64,000 nt of DNA from the NCBI GenBank assembly GCA_051362555.1, contig JBPQGU010000016.1:1116001-1180000 (forward strand). The letters are read 5' to 3'. Below, piece by piece: positions 59,893-64,000 of this stretch. Each line of letters begins with the position of its first letter. Position 1 is the first letter of the stretch. This stretch comes from Lingula anatina (Eukaryota; Animalia; Brachiopoda). The notes beneath the pieces were generated by a model, which saw nothing but the letters and a program-made list of their open reading frames with translations, did not search any database and was not told where the DNA came from. The translations under genes were made by a program, and so were the position numbers.

Positions 59893-60668
59893 TGTGTGTG
59901 TGTGTGTGTGTTAATAGATTAGAATTTATAATGTCACCAAACAGGTGCTTGTCTTGCCAACTTTTTAGGCCCAGCGGTTCATCCCAGACAAAAAACCGCT
60001 CACCCTCTTACACACACACACACTTGTGCGCGCGGACGCACACACCCGTGCGCACACACGCCCGCGCACTCACACACACACGCACACACACACACACACA
60101 CACGCACAATTTATTACAGAATTTATCTATCCGCTGCAAAAGAATCGTTCGCTTATATTCACATTAATTCCATGAAGTAGCAGTTGATATATCAGTTCAC
60201 AATTTATGTGGCAGCATGAACTGGGGGGGGGGGGGGGGGGAACGAGATCGTTGCTGATATTAACCGACATTTCAAATAGTTCTCTAACTAGCTTCCTAGC
60301 AAATTGTAACATCAATATCAGAATGAATAATGCACGGAGACGAAATGAGCCTCAGGGTTTACAAACTGTTGCTGGTAGTTGTGTTTAAGGACGCTTCTTC
60401 CAGAACAAAACAAGAAGTTTATATAAATGTATTTTATTATAATATCTTTCTTGTTTTGAATTATAATTTTCGCACAAGTTCTCAATTATCGTTTATTCAA
60501 CCGGTTGAAGTGAGCACAATCATTCTGTTAATGCAGTATTCCAAGGTTGAGTCTTGCTATCTTGCACGGTGACGACTTGTTTCAAACCTGGAGCGAAACA
60601 GATTTACATTGAATTTGAAAGGGTCAAATATGCAGTGATCGCTCTCGCTCTCTCTCTCTCTCTCTTGC

Positions 60669-60724
<56 letters not shown>

Positions 60725-60864
60725 GATTTGGTAACTTGCCCAAAAATATAAATTTGAACTAAATTTTGTTGTTATTCATACTTTTAAATGGGCTAATTCT
60801 AAAGTGTTTATAAATTGAATAATACGATGATGGAGCGAAAGGTCTTCGTCTTACCTGGAATCCT

Positions 60865-60888
60865 TTAAGCCCTTCTATAGTTAAGTGC
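60865..60888 (-). CDS. Small secreted Cys-rich peptide, exon 3 coding part
   Basis: ttttacag|ALNYRRA*; the exon continues to donor CAG|GTAAGA at 60854; candidate UTR-only last exon about 60475-60587 with AATAAA at 60492-60497. Confidence 0.6.
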   Translation of the reverse strand, partial: ALNYRRA

Positions 60889-61179
60889 CTGTAAAACAAA
60901 TGAAATTCAGTCAAGCAAAAAGAGTTGAATAAAAAAAAACAGTCAAGAAAATACGTTAATTTTATTAAAAATAAGAAAATCACCTCAACATTCAGATCTA
61001 TGCTGCCATAGGCGAAGTGAAACTTTTAGTTATATTGTTTTAGAAAGAAAGAAAGAAAAAACCTTAATTCTATCCAACGCATTAAACCTAGCTAACTATT
61101 TCGATGTATACTGTCAAAGGCGTAGTAAAACTTTGGATAATATTAGTCTACAAAGAGAAAGAAAGAAAGAATAGATTAC

Positions 61180-61310
61180 CCTAGTCAATTTGTCACTGGC
61201 TACGCAGTCACACCCACTGCAGGTACAGGAGACGCCGGAGCAGGTATTACCGCAGCATGTACAGGTAGCGGCCAGGGAGGACACGGCATCAGCAAGGCCA
61301 GCATTTGTCT
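61180..61310 (-). CDS. Small secreted Cys-rich peptide, exon 2
   Basis: ETNAGLADAVSSLAATCTCCGNTCSGVSCTCSGCDCVASDKLTR; tttcag| and |gtaatc; GC-rich island. Confidence 0.75.
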
Positions 61311-61344
61311 CTGAAATTACATGATGGAATTTATTGATACCTGT

Positions 61345-61387
<43 letters not shown>

Positions 61388-61490
61388 ACAGAAACACACG
61401 CACATACACGTAGTTACACGCAAACATACACAAACGCTCGTACACACCTTATAAAGCTACCCGAAGAATAAACCATAAATTCTTTTTCTG

Positions 61491-61635
61491 GGTAACTCGA
61501 AAGCATTGCGTATTGCAAATAGCGATATCACATAGAGGCTACAGTGTATTATATGGGACGAGAATGGTCGAGTTATGGAATCGAGACGCTTGCGCTCGGT
61601 CGCAATGCGCGATGCTTTCGAGTTACGGGGCCCTG
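61491..61635. mobile_element. MITE of the same family as 45965-46121
   Basis: taactcgaaagcat...atgctttcgagttac inverted termini; shared internal gacgcttg.gctcggt.gcaat. Confidence 0.6.
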
Positions 61636-62059
61636 ATCTACCTTTAAAAGTCTTTTCAAATTTGAATTTCACGTTCTCTAATTATTCAGTTTCAACGTCA
61701 TCATTTTAGTCGGTACTCTTTGTATGTATATGTGAAAAAAAGGTTATCAAATCTAGCGCAAAACAAAACAAAAATAACATTAAACAATAGAAAAGCTTTC
61801 AGGGGGCGCGCAATCCCCTCGGAAAAAGGCAGATCACTCCTCATTATTAACTTATAACTGGAAAACTGCCAACTTTCCTAAGTTATCGTACCTGACATTT
61901 CCCGAAAGTTTTAGCACAATTTAAAATTCGACCACAACTTTCTGATATGGCCTTTTAATTAACAAGCAACAAAGGCAAAAATATATCCGCCATGACAGAG
62001 GTACTGAAAAACAAAATAGAATAAAATAGGAGAAAAAAAAATAAATAAAGGTAAATTAC

Positions 62060-62114
62060 CTTGAACAACTACTGCAGCCAGCACCAAAACAACGAGCAGA
62101 GCGCAAGTCTTCAT
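62060..62114 (-). CDS. Small secreted Cys-rich peptide, exon 1 (signal peptide)
   Basis: MKTCALLVVLVLAAVVVQ; AAAAATG start context; G|GTAATT donor; TATAAA about 95 nt upstream (62205-62210). Confidence 0.75.
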
Positions 62115-62864
62115 TTTTTAGTTCGATTCGCGTTGAACAATATCAAAAGATACCAGTATTCAGATTTCAGAGCGTTCTGATCACCTCCCCAAATTAGGCT
62201 GATATTTATACTATTTTTCCCGACCAAATTTAAATACATTTCAAATAATGAAGACAAATGACCATTGTCGTGAGCGTCCAAAATTCGTACCAGGGTTATT
62301 ATTTTACACCCTTTTACTAAATCGCCTTAAACACGCTATTTCGACTGTCCAGATGTATTTCCGCGTTATCAGCTGGACATTTCCTGACAGAAAGTACTGT
62401 ATTTATTGGCCTTTACGCGTCACAGATACGGTTCGTGGATTTAATCAGCGCCATTTTACTAAGCACCATATTTGGAATGTACAACTTACACCTTGAAATC
62501 ATCTTTCATAAACCATTTCTTTCTTCGTTGTTAACTGCCCATTTGTTATCTGTAGCGCAAACTTCGAAAGCATAATTAATATGCTTAACGGGTGATTGGT
62601 GCATAAAGTGCGTACGCGTAGACACACACGCGAACTTTCCTGCACGCACTTATTTAAGCTTGTCACTACATCACGACAATATAGCGCGTACTTTAAACAT
62701 AAGGGTTATCTTTGCCTTCAATCCTTATTGGTACGCTTAAATGGCAGCAAGTAAAAAAACTTGCCTTTTTTGTTGTATGGGTATTTTGTAATTAAGATGA
62801 TGCCATTATAATGTTATCTCAGTGTAATATTTGGTGTAAAATTTCTGGTTTGTCAAATTAAGTA

Positions 62865-63241
62865 CAATAGTACACACCATATCACTTCCATTCTGAAATA
62901 ATTACATTGGCTGCCTGTGAAGCAGAGGATTGATTTTAAAGTACTTTGTATTATTTTTAAGGCGATCCATTCACAAGGACCATTATATTTATCTGATCTT
63001 ATCTGTTTTAACTTACCACGGCGGTCCACACGTTTTAATACTGAGAATGATTTTATTTTAGAACATTCTGTTTTAGAGAAGGGGTGCCTCAAAAGTTATG
63101 GAGATCGTGCTTTTATAATCTACGCCCCAAAAGTGTGGAATGGTCTACCAAATTTTATTAGAAAAACAGAAGACTTTGACAATTTTAAATCTCTTTTAAA
63201 GACCCACATTTTTAATTCTGTCTATATCTCTTAGTTTTTTT

Positions 63242-63284
<43 letters not shown>

Positions 63285-63434
63285 TTTAATAATATTGATT
63301 TTTAGTAGTGTAAATTTTAAATGGTTTCCAATGAGAGTTTATGATTAAAATATTGTACTCATTTTAATGATTTTAGTATATTAGCCATTATTGTAAGGCG
63401 CCTTGAGATAAATGTAAGGCGCCATATAAGAATC

Positions 63435-63468
<34 letters not shown>
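62865..63468 (+). mobile_element. 5'-truncated L2/CR1-clade LINE 3' end
   Basis: HITSILK*LHWLPVKQRIDFKVL...GDRAF..YAPKVWNGLP..IR...FKSLLKTHIF, typical of the ORF2 C-terminus, followed by a 3'UTR and an (ATT)n tail. Confidence 0.88.
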
Positions 63469-63469
<1 letters not shown>

Positions 63470-64000
63470 ATTGTGTCAATATAATAAAATTCTTGCCAAA
63501 TCGGATTGATATATTCTGAATAAGGTAAACAAATAACCATTGGAAACTTTGCCAGAAATATGTGTATTATTATTTCGTATTTGTCGTGCTTTAAACATCT
63601 GGGTCCCTGAAATAGAAAATGCGAAAAAAAGAATACAGTCGTTTATTTGGTTCAGTCCAATTGAAAAAAAAAGTACTCTGAAAGACAAAGGAAATATTAC
63701 AAGTAACTATGGTGCTTGGAACTCCACAAGGCAATGGATGTCAAGTGGTGCAAGAAAACTGTCGTCTGTGGATTATAATTTTTTAGTCATAATCCCGTTA
63801 ACCAATCAAGGTCTCTTGGATACCACGTTAACTTTGGTGTCTCAATCCGCGTAATTGATAACTGTCCAAAACGGAAAAAACCACAAGAATTGTCAACAAC
63901 GTTAACAATTATGATAAAGAAAAGAGAACGCGGTTAATGATTTTCTTTCTCCGAACTGGCCGTTCTAGCGTATCGCGCTTCCACGAAGTGGCCACTTAAT

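Overview
Intron-rich, AT-rich animal genomic DNA; a lophotrochozoan or mollusc-like source is my inference from repeat style and gene content. I reconstructed six spliced protein-coding genes by hand. (1) 3' part of pumilio (+, 8 exons, 822-9635, about 4 kb 3'UTR), with two intronic U17/SNORA73 (snR30-type) snoRNAs. (2) A convergent ZNF395/ZNF704-family C2H2 + C-clamp factor (-, 39795 to 17559). Its 18.8 kb first intron holds three Helentron/HINE-like elements with 146-bp arrays rich in nuclear-receptor motifs, a decayed Academ-like transposon and a nested MITE. (3) A divergently transcribed 6-exon gene that the ORF track does not reveal, encoding a 170-aa signal-peptide-bearing cereblon-like CULT-domain-only protein (+, 40595-44170). 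(4) ABHD13 (+, 45420-55796). (5) A divergent ADI1-like acireductone dioxygenase with a GC-AG intron and an apparently premature stop (+, 57112-59066). (6) A small secreted 8-Cys peptide gene (-, 62114 to 60865). Several MITEs, a tRNA-derived repeat and an L2/CR1-type LINE 3' end are also present. All coordinates were read by eye, no searches were run, and family assignments rest on recalled motifs.
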